Positions 34,863 to 52,943 of a stretch of DNA of 64,000 nucleotides are shown one piece after another. Made by a program: the position numbers and the translations under genes. Each line of letters opens with the position of its first letter. The stretch's first letter is position 1. Below the pieces are notes generated by a model, which worked only from the letters and a program-made list of their open reading frames with translations, was not told the DNA's origin and searched no databases. Source of the stretch: the human T2T-CHM13v2.0 reference genome, Homo sapiens; NCBI RefSeq assembly GCF_009914755.1, contig NC_060936.1. One strand, 5' to 3'.

Positions 34863-35009
34863 ACCTGGGTCTACGTGTGCAGGCAGGATGGGGCGGGGCT
34901 GGCATGCAAGCTCTAAGGAGACACAGGTACTGACCTCCTGGGACTCACAGTCTGGCTGGAAACTAAGCGTAAACAGATAAGCAAGATACGATGGGGCAAG
35001 GAAATGCTG

Positions 35010-35200
35010 GAATCATAATGGTTACCTGTTTTCTGAGCATTCAGTATGAACAAGGTCTCATGCTAAGAACCTTATCACCTGTTATCTCTACCCTTGAGTA
35101 ACCACTTGACAGTTGAGGAAACTGAGGCCCAGAGGGGCTAAAAATGACTGGCCCAAGGTCAGAAAGCAAACAAGGGGCATAGATTCCATAAGCCAAGTTC
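35010..35200 (-). mobile_element. MIR
   Basis: GAGGAAACTGAGGCCCAGAGGGGCTAAAATGACTGGCCCAAGGTC. Confidence 0.8.
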
Positions 35201-35214
35201 TCAACTGCTGTGTT

Positions 35215-35538
35215 GGCCGGGGGTGCTGTGGCTCACTCCTGTAATCCCAGCACTTTGGGAGGCTGAGGCAGGCGGATCATTTGAGGCCAGGAGTTCGAGG
35301 CCAGCATGGGCAAAATGGCGAAATCCTGTCTCTACTAATAATACAAAAATTATCTGGGTGTGGTGATGCACGTCTGTAATCCCAGCTACTCAGGCAGGAG
35401 ACTCACTTGAACCCAGGAGGCGGAGGTTGCAGTGAGCCGAGATTGTGCCACTGCACTCCGGCCTGGGCGACGGAGCAAGACTCTGTCTCAAAAACAAAAA
35501 CAACACCCCCCCCCCCACCAAAAAAAATAAAACAAAAT
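35215..35538 (+). mobile_element. AluS
   Basis: TSD TCAACTGCTGT. Confidence 0.95.
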
Positions 35539-35557
35539 CAACTGCTGTCTTTTGTAG

Positions 35558-36097
35558 TGTCAGAAGCGTGTGAACCAGGACAACTCTATCTTAAATAGGA
35601 ACTGGGTAAAATGAGGCTGAGACCTACTGGGCTACATTCCCAGACGGTTAAGGCATTCTAAGTCACGGGTGAGACAGAAGGTCAGCACAGAATACAGGTG
35701 ATAAAGACCTTGCTGATAAAACAGGCTGCAATAAAGGAGCCAGCCAAAACCCATCAAAACCAAGATGGCGACGAGTGACCTCTGGTCGTCCTCACTGCTA
35801 CACTCCCACCAGCACCATGACAGTTTACAAATGCCATGGCAACGTCGGGAAATTACCCTATCTGGTCTAAAAAGGGGAGGCATGAATAATCCATCCCTTG
35901 TTTAGCATATCATCAAGAAATAACCATAAAAATGGGCAACCAGCAGCTCTCAGCTGCTCTGTCTGTGGAGTAGCCATTCTTTTTTATTCCTTGATAAACT
36001 TGCTTTCACTTTGCACTGCGGACTCTCCCTGAATTCTTTCTTGCGCAATCCAAGAACCCTCTCTTGGGGTCTGGATCGGGACCCCTTTTCTGTAACA
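35558..36097 (+). mobile_element. MER41A (ERV1) solo LTR, intact
   Basis: TGTCAGA...TGTAACA; perfect 4-bp TSD GTAG. Confidence 0.93.
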
Positions 36098-36249
36098 GTA
36101 GGACCCACCCTGGAAGATCAGCCTGTTTGTCTATGTTCAAGCCTGGGGTTTGCCCCCTCTCCTGGGCTTGGGGTCCGGCTCTGCCTTTGCTTCTCATTGC
36201 AGCATCTTGGACAAGACCGAACCCTTCTAAGCCTCTATTGTCTCATTCA

Positions 36250-36958
<709 letters not shown>

Positions 36959-37517
36959 TGTATGAAATGAAGTCTCCCTTTGGGTGCAAAATGTAGAATA
37001 ATGTAAACCTCTCCAAAAAGACAAAAAAAAAAAAAAAAAGCATCAATAATTGCATCATTTCGGAGCTGCATGGGCCAAATGAAGCCGAGCCATGGTGCAC
37101 TATTGCCTTGTGTTAGCGATACTTTAGTTGATAAATGAAACTTTCCCAGGGTTATCCTTGGGTTATTTTGAGGTTTTAATTATGCAAAGATCTTCAAGAA
37201 TGCATCCCTTTTTAAAATGTGACCTCCCTTATTACTGTATATGTGTATGTTTAAAAAGATGTAACACATATAAATTATGGGTCCCCATATGGCTCCTTCT
37301 ACGGACTTAGTTGCATTCAAAGATCCACAGTCTAGCTATCAAATACTAATTAAATCCATACCGTATGTAGTCCAAACCCCGCAGCAACACTGAATACAAG
37401 CTGTGCCCTCCTTTTTCCCAATCCCAACTCCAAAACTCCCAGACGACTCTCCCCTCCCTCCTTTCTCCCAGCTCCTTGTTATAGAGATGAAATAAGTTTC
37501 TCTAAAAAGTCCTCCTG

Positions 37518-37683
37518 TCAGATATATCTAATGTAAATGATGAGTTAATGGGTGCAGCACACCAACATGGCACATGTATACATACGTAACAAACCTGCAT
37601 GTTGTGCACATGTACCCTAGAACTTAAAGTATGATGAAAAAAAAGAGAAAAATAAAATAAAATAAAATAATAAATAAATAAAT
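37518..37683 (+). mobile_element. L1PA 3' end, strongly 5'-truncated
   Basis: GGGTGCAGCACACCAACATGGCACATGTATAC...CCCTAGAACTTAAAGTAT plus A-tail; TSD AAAAGTCCTCCTG. Confidence 0.95.
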
Positions 37684-37727
37684 AAAAGTCCTCCTGCCCA
37701 CTTTTCTCACTGTCTCATCTCAAGTCT

Positions 37728-38368
<641 letters not shown>

Positions 38369-38779
38369 CAAGTCTCTATTGAATGGGTGGTCTACAAGGT
38401 TAAGGACTTTAGACCTGGGCTGGCAAGGACTCTTGGGAGAGAATAGGAAGAAAGCGAGAAACACCGGCATTAGTAGATTGCAGAGTTCTAGTTCATGATT
38501 ATCCCTTGGTCTCATCTCTCTGCACCCTCCTGGAATCCTCCCTATATCTTGTTGATAACCATTCTCAGCGAGGGGTAGTTTCCTAACCTGCCCTGTCCCT
38601 CCCCTCCCCAACCCTTGGCTGCCTCCTCTGCCGGCCTATCTGCTCCTTCTTTAAGAGTGATCAGTCATGCATTGTCCCTTTTATGTTCCTTCTCTAGGGT
38701 CCCCAGGCACACTTAGCCACTCCTCAGCTCTGGATTCCACTCACATACATGCATTTCCTTGACAATGATCTGCAATGGT

Positions 38780-38948
38780 TTGTCTACAGGTAAATTTCAT
38801 CTCTAGGCTGTGAGCTCCCAAAGGGCAAGGACCGATTCACTTCCATCCCTCTATCCTCAGCACTGAGCCCTGCAGACATAGTAGGTGCCCAATAAATATC
38901 GCTACATAACAGAGACCCAAGAAAGGCCTTTGGAATTGAACTGAATTG
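38780..38948 (+). mobile_element. L2 3' end
   Basis: CTAGGCTGTGAGCTCCCAAAGGGCAAGGACC...CATAGTAGGTGCCCAATAAATAT. Confidence 0.8.
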
Positions 38949-39096
38949 AAAAGAATAGTGAAGACTAAAAATTCGGAGCATAAGGACTGACATTCCTCTG
39001 GAAGAGGCAGAGCAAAGGCTGACTGCCTCGTTTCTCTTTTGTAGCCCTCTGGACGGTCTGAGTAGTACAGCCACAGTCCAAGCCCTCCCCTATCCA

Positions 39097-39341
39097 AATT
39101 CGGGACATCTGAAGGACCCGACCCAGCACCATACATGGGGGAAAATCTATATGCCCTCAGCGCTCTTTTATTTCCTCCTTCCAATTCCAATCCCAGGACC
39201 TTCCTTGCCATCATTCCGGGGGCAAACGAGTTGACCTCTATGCCCTCCCTTCCAGCACAAGGTATGCAACCCCCGCTTCTCTGTTTCGCAACTTTCCATT
39301 CCAGGGTTGACGGAAAACACTGATAAAAGTAGCTTACCCTG
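39097..39341 (-). repeat. Inverted-duplication arm 2 (partner 34631-34862)
   Basis: GGAAAACACTGATAAAAGTAG is the exact reverse complement of 34640-34660. Confidence 0.95.
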
Positions 39342-39381
39342 GGTGGGCAAGGAGACACCCTTGGTATGCTGTATCCTTAAC

Positions 39382-39899
39382 TGAGGTAGATCATTTCCAA
39401 AGACCCCATCTCACATGCTCTTTTGCAATGGATTTTGCCACTCCTCCCATCCAAAGGAAGAATTCTTTATCCTCTCCTTGAATCTGGGCTGGCCCGGTGC
39501 CTTGCTTTTAGCAACAGAACTCAGGAGAAGTGAGGCTGGGCAACTTCCAGGCCTTGCAGCTTCTATTTTCACTTTCTTGGAACCCAGCCACGATGTAAAG
39601 AGGCCCAAGCTATCCTTCTGGAAAGGCCACATGGAGGAGAACCAAGCACCCCAGCTGACAGCCAAAACCAAGTGCCAGACACGTGAGTGAGGTCATCTTG
39701 GGTCTTCCAGCTCCAGTCAAGCTCCAGGGGGAGTGTGGCCATGTGAGTGAACCCAGATGATACCATGTGAAGTGGAAGAACTGCCCAGTGGGGCCCTGCC
39801 TGTATCTTTGGCTCACAGAGCCACGAGCACTAACAGTTGTTATTTTAAGCCACTGTGGGTTTGGGGTGGTTTGTTACGCAGCCATAGATAACTGATACA
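39382..39899 (+). mobile_element. MLT1H-like solo LTR
   Basis: ...TTTTAAGCCACT...GTTTGTTACGCAGCCATAGATAACTGATACA; perfect TSD TTAAC. Confidence 0.85.
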
Positions 39900-39959
39900 T
39901 TAACTTTTTTTTTCTGTATGAGCAGAAAAATTGGTGAGGGGGTGGTCTGCGGCTTCTGA

Positions 39960-40309
<350 letters not shown>

Positions 40310-40344
40310 GCTTCTCTGTTTTTGTTTTGTTTTGTTTTGTGTTT

Positions 40345-41008
40345 AGCTTAAAAGAATACAGTCTCAACCTGGTGATCAAAGTTAGCATCCCCAGAATGAG
40401 GCAAATTGGCAGTATGTGCCAGCTGATAGGATGCACTGTGAATGAAAGTGCGTAACCTGAATCTAACCATGAAGAAACAGCTGATAAACCCAAATTGAGG
40501 GATGTTCAATAAAATCTCTGACGTGTGCTCTTGAAAAATGTCAGTGTTATGAAAGATATAAAAAGACACAGGAACTGCTTCAGACTAAAGAAAGCAAAAG
40601 AGAGGACAACGAAATGCCATATGACATCTGGAGCTTCCTTTGGTGACAAAGGACATCATCAGTACAAATGGGGAGACCTGGAGAAAGTTTTCAGATGAGA
40701 CAATAACGCTGTGTCAGTGTTCATTCCCTATGTTTGATCATTGTATTGTGGTTTTGTAAGACAATGTTGCTTGTTTTTAGGAAATTCAGAGTGAAGTATT
40801 TCACAGAGGTGTTATGTCTGAGAAAACAAGCATTTTTCTCCTCTTTATAGCTGTATCTACAGAGACAGGGGTGGGGGGTGGGGGAAGGATACAGCAAAGT
40901 GGTAATGTGGTAACATTTGGGAAATCTGGGTGACAGGTACATGGGAATTCTTTGTATTGTTCTTGCAACTTTTTCCTAAGTCTGAAATTATATTTCAATA
41001 AAAAGTAA
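40345..41008 (+). mobile_element. Old L1MC/ME 3' end
   Basis: ATGGGAATTCTTTGTATTGTTCTTGCAACTTTT...AAGTCTGAAATTATATTTCAATAAAA. Confidence 0.8.
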
Positions 41009-41011
41009 ATT

Positions 41012-41348
41012 GGGTTGGGCACAGCGGCTTACACTTGTAATCCCAGTGCTTTGGGAGGCCAAAATGGGAGGATCGCTTAAGGCCAGGGGTTTGTGACTAG
41101 CCTGGGAAACATAGCGAGACCCCCATCTCTACTAAAAAGTAAAAAAAATTATCTGGCTGCGGTGGCGTGTGCCTATAGTCCCAGCTACTTGGGAGGCTGA
41201 GGTAGGAGGATGACTTGAGCTCAGGAATTCAAGGCTGCGGTGAGCAGAGATCACACCACTGGGTGCCAGCCTGGGCGACAGAGCAAGACCCTGTCTGAAA
41301 AATAAATAAATAAATGCATAAAGTAAGAAGTTAATTAAAAAAAAAAAA
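41012..41348 (+). mobile_element. AluJ
   Basis: Dimeric Alu with J diagnostics. Confidence 0.9.
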
Positions 41349-42209
41349 GGAAAGCAAATCATCATGTGTGCATGGCTGCTCACTAAGAGGAAAGAACCAG
41401 CCGCCTGGGGCAGGACTATTCAGGCTCTTCCTGGAAGTCCCTGGCTCAGAGCAGACTCTTGCCCCTTTCCCCTGTCCCTCTGCCTCTGGTGGCACGCATG
41501 TGACAAGGAGCCACTGACCAGCCTGGCTGCCCGCAAGGCCTGGAGCCCGGCATCTGGAAAGGATCAGCTGCCACCGCTAAACTCACCCCTCCACCCACAG
41601 CTCATTCCCGGAGTCTCTGAAGGCGGGGCTGAGCTTTGGGGGTTTCGCAATAAGAATCCACACATATTCTTCTGAGGAGGCTGTCAGGAAAAAGCCTTCT
41701 CGGGACATCCCTGCAAGCACTTTGCCAAGCCCTCAGTGACACCTTTGCCTTCCTTGCTCATCTGAATTTTGGGGGTTCCTGTTCAGAGGCCACAGAGCAC
41801 AGGATAACAGAGATGATGGGTGAGCAGATCTTCTGTCAGGACACTTCCTGGGTGGTTTAGCTATTTTGTCTGCCTGGGGCAGGGAGAGAGGAGAGGATCC
41901 CTACGGCCCTAGGGGCATCATGAAGTCTCTCCAAGCTTTTGTGCTGAAATGTACATTTTACCTCTCACTTCCATCCTTGCTGCACTTCTAATGCAGTGCA
42001 GGCAGCTTTCATGGGATTTGGGCCATGCAGGACTCGCAAGCTCAGCAATGCCAACCATGCACGTTTCTGGGCAGAGCTTCCGGAGGGGCGTGGGCTGGGC
42101 TGGAAAGAGCCAGGGGTTTGGAATCCAAGCGAGGCAGGAGGGCAGTCTCCGATTCACCACTTCCAGGCTGGGCAGCATTGGTCTAAAGGCTTCTCCTAGG
42201 GCGGAGCTT

Positions 42210-42315
42210 AATACCCCCATGTGTAAAATGGAAAAAAACAAACACACAAAAACAAATACCCCCATGTGTAAAATGGAAAAAAAAAACACACATGTGTAAA
42301 ATGGAAAAAAATAAA
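42210..42315. repeat. Short tandem triplication of CATGTGTAAAATGGAAAAAAA
   Basis: Three copies at ~42218, 42263 and 42291. Confidence 0.9.
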
Positions 42316-42371
42316 CATTCCTATCGCGAATGAAGCGATAGGAAAGTGCCCGGCATAAAGTAGATTTGTAA

Positions 42372-42703
<332 letters not shown>

Positions 42704-42904
42704 TAAAACAAAACCAATTCTGCAATTCCATCTGCATTTAGTGAACACTGACTCGGAGCCAGGGGTAGCACGAGGGCCCTCCCAGCTGTGGGAGGATTTA
42801 GGTTCAAATCCACGCCTCACCTCTGAATGACTAAGGTTAAATTACCCAATGTAACATATGCCTGGTTTCCCTACCTGGTAACAGGTATAATAATAGCATC
42901 CACT

Positions 42905-43184
42905 GGCCAGATGCAGTGGCTCACGCCCATAATCCCAGCACTTTGGGAGGCTGAGGCAGATGGATCACCTGAGATCAGGGGTTCGAGACTAGCCTGGCCA
43001 ACATGGTGAAACCCCATCTCTACTATAAATACAAAATTAGCCAGGTGTGGTGGCACGCACCGGTAATCCCAGTTACTTGGGAGGCTGAGGCAGGACAATC
43101 GCTTAGAACCCGGGAAGCAGAGGTTGCAGTGAGCCAAGATTGCACTACTGCACTCCAGCCTGGGCAACAGAGTGAGACTCTGTC

Positions 43185-43228
<44 letters not shown>
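42905..43228 (+). mobile_element. AluS with (TAA)n tail, inserted in a MIR
   Basis: TSD AATAGCATC. Confidence 0.95.
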
Positions 43229-43230
<2 letters not shown>

Positions 43231-43339
43231 GCATCAACCTCTTAGACTCCTGTGGGGATCAGCTGAGTCCATACATGTAAATTCACTAACAGTGAATGCT
43301 TCTGTAGCAGACATTGCAGGCCAGACACGGGTCTACACT

Positions 43340-43475
43340 CTTTATTAGTATTGCTCCCATTTTACAGATGAGGAAACTGAGGCACAGAGAGACTGGGTAA
43401 TTTAATAAGAGGCAGAGGTGGAATCTGACTCAGGAGTCTGGGTCCAGAGTCAGTGTTCCCAACCCCTGAGCTCTA
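43340..43475 (-). mobile_element. MIR
   Basis: CCCATTTTACAGATGAGGAAACTGAGGCACAGAGA. Confidence 0.9.
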
Positions 43476-43525
43476 CAGCCACAGGCATACAGTAAGTGCT
43501 CAATTCATGTTAGCTGCTACTAATG

Positions 43526-43698
43526 CAGGGCGAGTTTCACAGGCATGAGATCAGTGCCCACACAGGGGCTGGCGCTTAGAAGGGTAATGCTCTCTCGAAG
43601 CTCTGCTGTCACCAACTTGAACTTCGTAATAATTTTTGCACAAGGGACTCTGCATTTTCATTTCGCCCCGGGCTGCACAAATTGTGCAGCTGTCCCTG
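43526..43698 (+). mobile_element. MER45A (hAT-Tip100)
   Basis: CAGGGC...GCGCTTAGAAGGG...GCATTTTCATTTCGC...CCCTG. Confidence 0.8.
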
Positions 43699-44084
43699 CT
43701 GTGTATCTTACAGGAGCAATTGCCTGCTTCTCCCTCCTCCTCTCTCAACTCTGAACTCCTTGGGATGTAAGATTCAGCTAACTCATCTAGCTCTACATCC
43801 ACCCCTAGCCCATGCCCGGCCTGCAGCAGGTGCTCACATTCTGGTTGGGAGCGACAGAGGTGAGCAGAGCCACAGCTGTTGTTCCTGCCCCCACAGCCCC
43901 CTAAACACCCCAAGAATAGCTTCTAGCCCAGGGAGCCTCGGGAACTGCCTGAGAACAAAACTTTCCCGAAGGTGCAGACTCTGGCCAGCGGCCATGGAAC
44001 CAGGCCTTTCCAGGACGATTGGTGCAACCAGGGGAACTTGCAGCTCTCTGCAAAAGGGGAATCCTAGCCGGGCCCGAAAGACCC

Positions 44085-44310
44085 TAATCAATAGTTCATT
44101 AAGATGCCAGCTCAGAAAATGCAGGGAGACCCAGCATAACGTGTAATTCTGCCTGCGTGGGCTGGTGCTGGGCAGGGTTTTCGCAAGCTGGCAGGGCCCG
44201 CAGATAACACTGAGCCCAAAGTGCAGGCTGCAGTCCGAGCACAAGGCAAACACGACCCTCCCTAAGTGGCAGATGTGATTCAGTCCAAAGGTTCAAGTGC
44301 GGCAGTTACA
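44085..44310. promoter_or_regulatory. Candidate liver/endoderm enhancer (motif cluster)
   Basis: TAATCAATA, TTTCGCAA, AGATAA, GCCCAAAGTGCA, AAGGCAAACA and AGTCCAaaGGTTCA within ~210 bp of non-repeat DNA. Confidence 0.55.
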
Positions 44311-44588
44311 TTGGTTATGAGATTTTTTCCCCCTTTATACCAGGAGCTGGCAGTGTGGGGGAGGGGGAGAAACCAACACTTGTTGAGCACCTACTATGTG
44401 TCTGACTCTGAGCTGGACACACATTAGGAGAAAGGGGTTCAGGACCAGGCAAAAAGTGGGTTTGGGTATTTCTGGGGGTGGAGTTGGACATCATTCCTCT
44501 TTCCTGCCTCCCTGACGCGTCCTCCATTCATAATAACTGATTTTTTAAAAAACTGAAGCAAAATGCAATAGCAAAATAGACCGTTGTT

Positions 44589-44912
<324 letters not shown>

Positions 44913-44914
44913 AA

Positions 44915-46096
<1,182 letters not shown>

Positions 46097-46576
46097 CAAG
46101 AATTAATCTTACATGGAAGAGCCCGATAGACTGAGAAGCTCCGGGCTGCACTGGTCTTAAAGGGCCTGCCTCCGGGTGGTATGTAGGTGCCTTGGGGAGA
46201 ACGTGGCTGTGTGTGTGAGTTGAGAGAGAGCTGGGTCACTTGGAGTTGGTAACTTGGAGGCAGCTATGCCAGGGACACCTCCGCCCAAGTGTCACTGCAG
46301 TAGGCAGCGTTTTGCCCACTCTGCCATGTCACTGATAGCCTGAGTGAGTTGGCAGAGAGTGATGCTGCAGGTGGTTGGAGCACACCCAGCCCATGTGAGT
46401 TAATCATGTGACATCTCCTACCCCAAAAGGAACCAAGAAGTACAATCATATTATCCTTGGAAGGGAAGAGAACCAGAACTATTTGGCAAACAGCATTAAC
46501 AACTACCACATTTAACTGCCTGCAAAGAATGTATTGACAATAACGTATTGATGGGTAAGTACTAATTACAATAATG

Positions 46577-46966
<390 letters not shown>

Positions 46967-47009
46967 TCATGATCTCAGATGACGCTCACAGAAGGCAAAT
47001 ACTATGTTA

Positions 47010-48050
<1,041 letters not shown>

Positions 48051-48138
48051 CATGGGGTTACAGGGAGAAGGGCAGAGTCAACCATAGGGAACAAAGCCAC
48101 AGTTTGCACCCAGAGCTGCCTTCTTTTTGACCTCCTGA

Positions 48139-48508
<370 letters not shown>

Positions 48509-48923
48509 CTGACTTCCTTTTTAACCATGGTTTTAGCACCTGGGCATCCTCTCCCTTTGATCTGCCTTGGACACCCCTGGGGTCCAGCCAACCAGTGACC
48601 CAGCATGTCTATTCTAATCAGCCAGCCCAGCTCAGAGCCAGGGCAGGGAACTTCTCATTCTGCTTCTGATCATGTGTCCACTTGCATCAGCCTTCCCTGG
48701 CCACCCACAGGGCTGAGGCCTCTGAGAGCTGCTCCTGTTCACTCAGACATATCCAGCAGATCAGCAGTTCTGGGCCCGGGGCCACTACGGCAGGGGCCTT
48801 TTGGATTGGCTGTCTGTCCACATGCATCAGCTAATCCTGGCTGGTGGCTCCAGCACCACCTGCAATATGGAGTATGAGGCCTGGCCCCATCATCAAAGGA
48901 AGCTGGAGGAGGCAGTGCAATTA

Positions 48924-50441
<1,518 letters not shown>

Positions 50442-50522
50442 ACTCACTGTGAGCTCAGTCCCTGGAATTCTGTAGTGGTTGCAATAAATGTTTGTCTTGC
50501 TGAACTGAAAGAAAAGGAAGGG

Positions 50523-50832
<310 letters not shown>

Positions 50833-51459
50833 GGAGACAGAATAGGAGAGGAAAGAAGACAGAAGGAAGACAGGATGGGGTGGGGGCCCTGGGATGATGA
50901 GAGGAGGCATAGAGACAGAGAAAGGGGAGAGGAGGAGAGGACAGGAACAAAGAAAGGCTGGGACTGGAAAGCATAGGAGGAGGGAAGGGCGAGAACAGGC
51001 AGGGACAACCAAGCAGGGAGGTGGAAGCAAAGAGGTTGGGCCAGCCATGGGATCTCTAGCAGGCTCTTCCTTTGATGAAAATGCACATTAGCAAACGTGC
51101 TAGGATCTGACAAGCGCCAACAGGCCCATCGCAGAGTTAAAAAGCTCTACATCTGTCAGGGTTTCAATTTTTAAGTCAGCACTTTCCTTCTTCTCATGCT
51201 GGGATTCTGCAACTGTGGTTTCCCCCCACCCCCATGTCTCCCGCCAGTGCGTGGGGCTTGTCATGGAGCCGTCAGACTTCCGAGGAGCCTGGCGGGGCAG
51301 AGTGGGTATGGGTTGGGGGGGTGGTCTATGCAGGGTGAGGGTGGTGGCCTCCTCCACAGCAGCTGTTGCAGGGATGTCCTGTCGAAGGAGGGCCCAGGGA
51401 AGTGGGTGATGTGGTAATGTTCTCAGCAGACACTGGGAGTCTCCAAGGCAATGAACTTC

Positions 51460-52291
51460 TGTAATGGGTTGAACTGTGTCCCCCCAAATTCATGTCCACG
51501 CAGAATGCTGGGATGTGACATTATTTGGAAAAAGGGTCTTTGTAGGTTGATATGGTTTGGCTGTGTCTCCACCCAATTCTCATCTTGATTTGTAGCTCCC
51601 ATAACTCCCAAGTGTTGTGGGAGGGACCCAGTGGGAGATAACTGAATCACGGGGGAGGTTTCCCTTAATACTGTTCTCGTGGTAGTGAATAAGTTTCACG
51701 AGATCTGGTGGTTTTATAAGGGGAAACCCCTTTCACTTGGCTCTCATTCTCTCTCGCCGCCACCACGTAAGATGTGCTTTTTGCCTTTCACCATGATTGT
51801 GAGGCCTCTCCAGCCACGTGGAACTGTGAATCCGTTAAACCTCTTTTTTTTTTTTTTTTAAATAAATTACCCAGTCTCGGGTATGTCTTTATCAGCAGTG
51901 TAAAATGGACTAATACATAGGTGTAATTAGTTAAGGATCTCCAGAAGCAATTATCCTGGATTTACGGTGGGCCTTAAACCCAACGACTGGTGTCTTTATA
52001 AGAAGAAGAGAAGACACAGAAACAAAAAGAGGCAAGACCAGGTGGAGACGGAGGTAGAAGTTGGAGTGAAGCATCTACAAGCAGAGGAACGCCAAGCATT
52101 GCCTGGAGCCACCAGGAGCCAGAAGAGAGGCCTGGATCAGACTCTCCCCGGAAACCTCCAGAAGGAACCAACTCTACCCAAACCTTGATTTTGAACTTCC
52201 GGCCTCCAGAACTGTGAAATAATAATTTCTATGGGTTTAAGCTACCCAGTTTACAGTACTTTGTGACAGCAGTCCTGGGAGACAAACATAC
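51460..52291 (+). mobile_element. MLT1C LTR interrupted by THE1
   Basis: TGTAATGGGTTGAACTGTGTCCCCC...CCTCCAGAACTGTGAAATAATAATTTCT. Confidence 0.85.
51548..51917 (+). mobile_element. THE1B-like solo LTR
   Basis: TGATATGGTTTGGCTGTGTC...GGACTAATACA; perfect TSD TAGGT. Confidence 0.92.
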
Positions 52292-52645
52292 CCTCCTGAC
52301 CTTGGGGAAGTGTTTTCCCTGCTCTTGTGTCCAAGGGGGAGTTGGCAGGACTGTTAGAAATGAGGGATGGGCCTCCATTTGGCCCACCATGGGCCAAATC
52401 TCCAGAGCTGGAGAGTAGTAATTTCTCCCCCTTGGGAGTGGTGTTGATTCTCTTCTCTCTAGAGCTCAAGGTCCTGGGCTAGCAGCTGGAGAACAGGACT
52501 CTGAGGGACTTTCATCCAGCCATGCATTCAGGGACCCAGTGAGGGTGATGGGCAGCTGCCACACCCTACAGAATCTGGGCCTGAGTGCTGAAGAGGGACC
52601 AACCTGGGTGCCCCTTAAGCATAGGATTCAGACTCCAACAGGCCT

Positions 52646-52943
52646 GTTTTGTTTTTATTTTAGAGACAGGGCCTCACTCTGTTGCCTAGACTGGAGTGCA
52701 GTGGTGTGATCATAGCTCACCGCAGCCTTGACCTCCTGAGCTCAAGCATCCTCCTGTCTCAGCGTCCCAAGTTGCTGGGACTACTGGTGCTTGCCACTGC
52801 ATCCGGCTAATTTTTACATTTTTTTGTAGAGACAGGGTCTCACTATGTTGCCCAGGCTGGTCTTGAACTCCTGGCCTCAAGAGATCTTTCTGCCTCGGCC
52901 ACCCAAATTGTGGTGATTATAGGTGTGAGCCACTGCGCCCGGC
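52646..52943 (-). mobile_element. AluJ
   Basis: Antisense Alu. Confidence 0.9.

Noticed and set aside
38837-39358. Similar peptides from the two arms (MARKLLGLEW / MARKVLGLEL) as paralogous coding exons
   Set aside because: The similarity follows from nucleotide identity. Indels between blocks, no convincing splice or start context, no recognisable domain, and the longer ORF runs into L2. GGTAAG/GGTAAA at the outer ends resembles a splice donor but has no supported exon.
44088-44103. HNF1 site in the liver-type cluster
   Set aside because: Only a half-site (TTAATGA on the minus strand); poor match to GTTAATNATTAAC.
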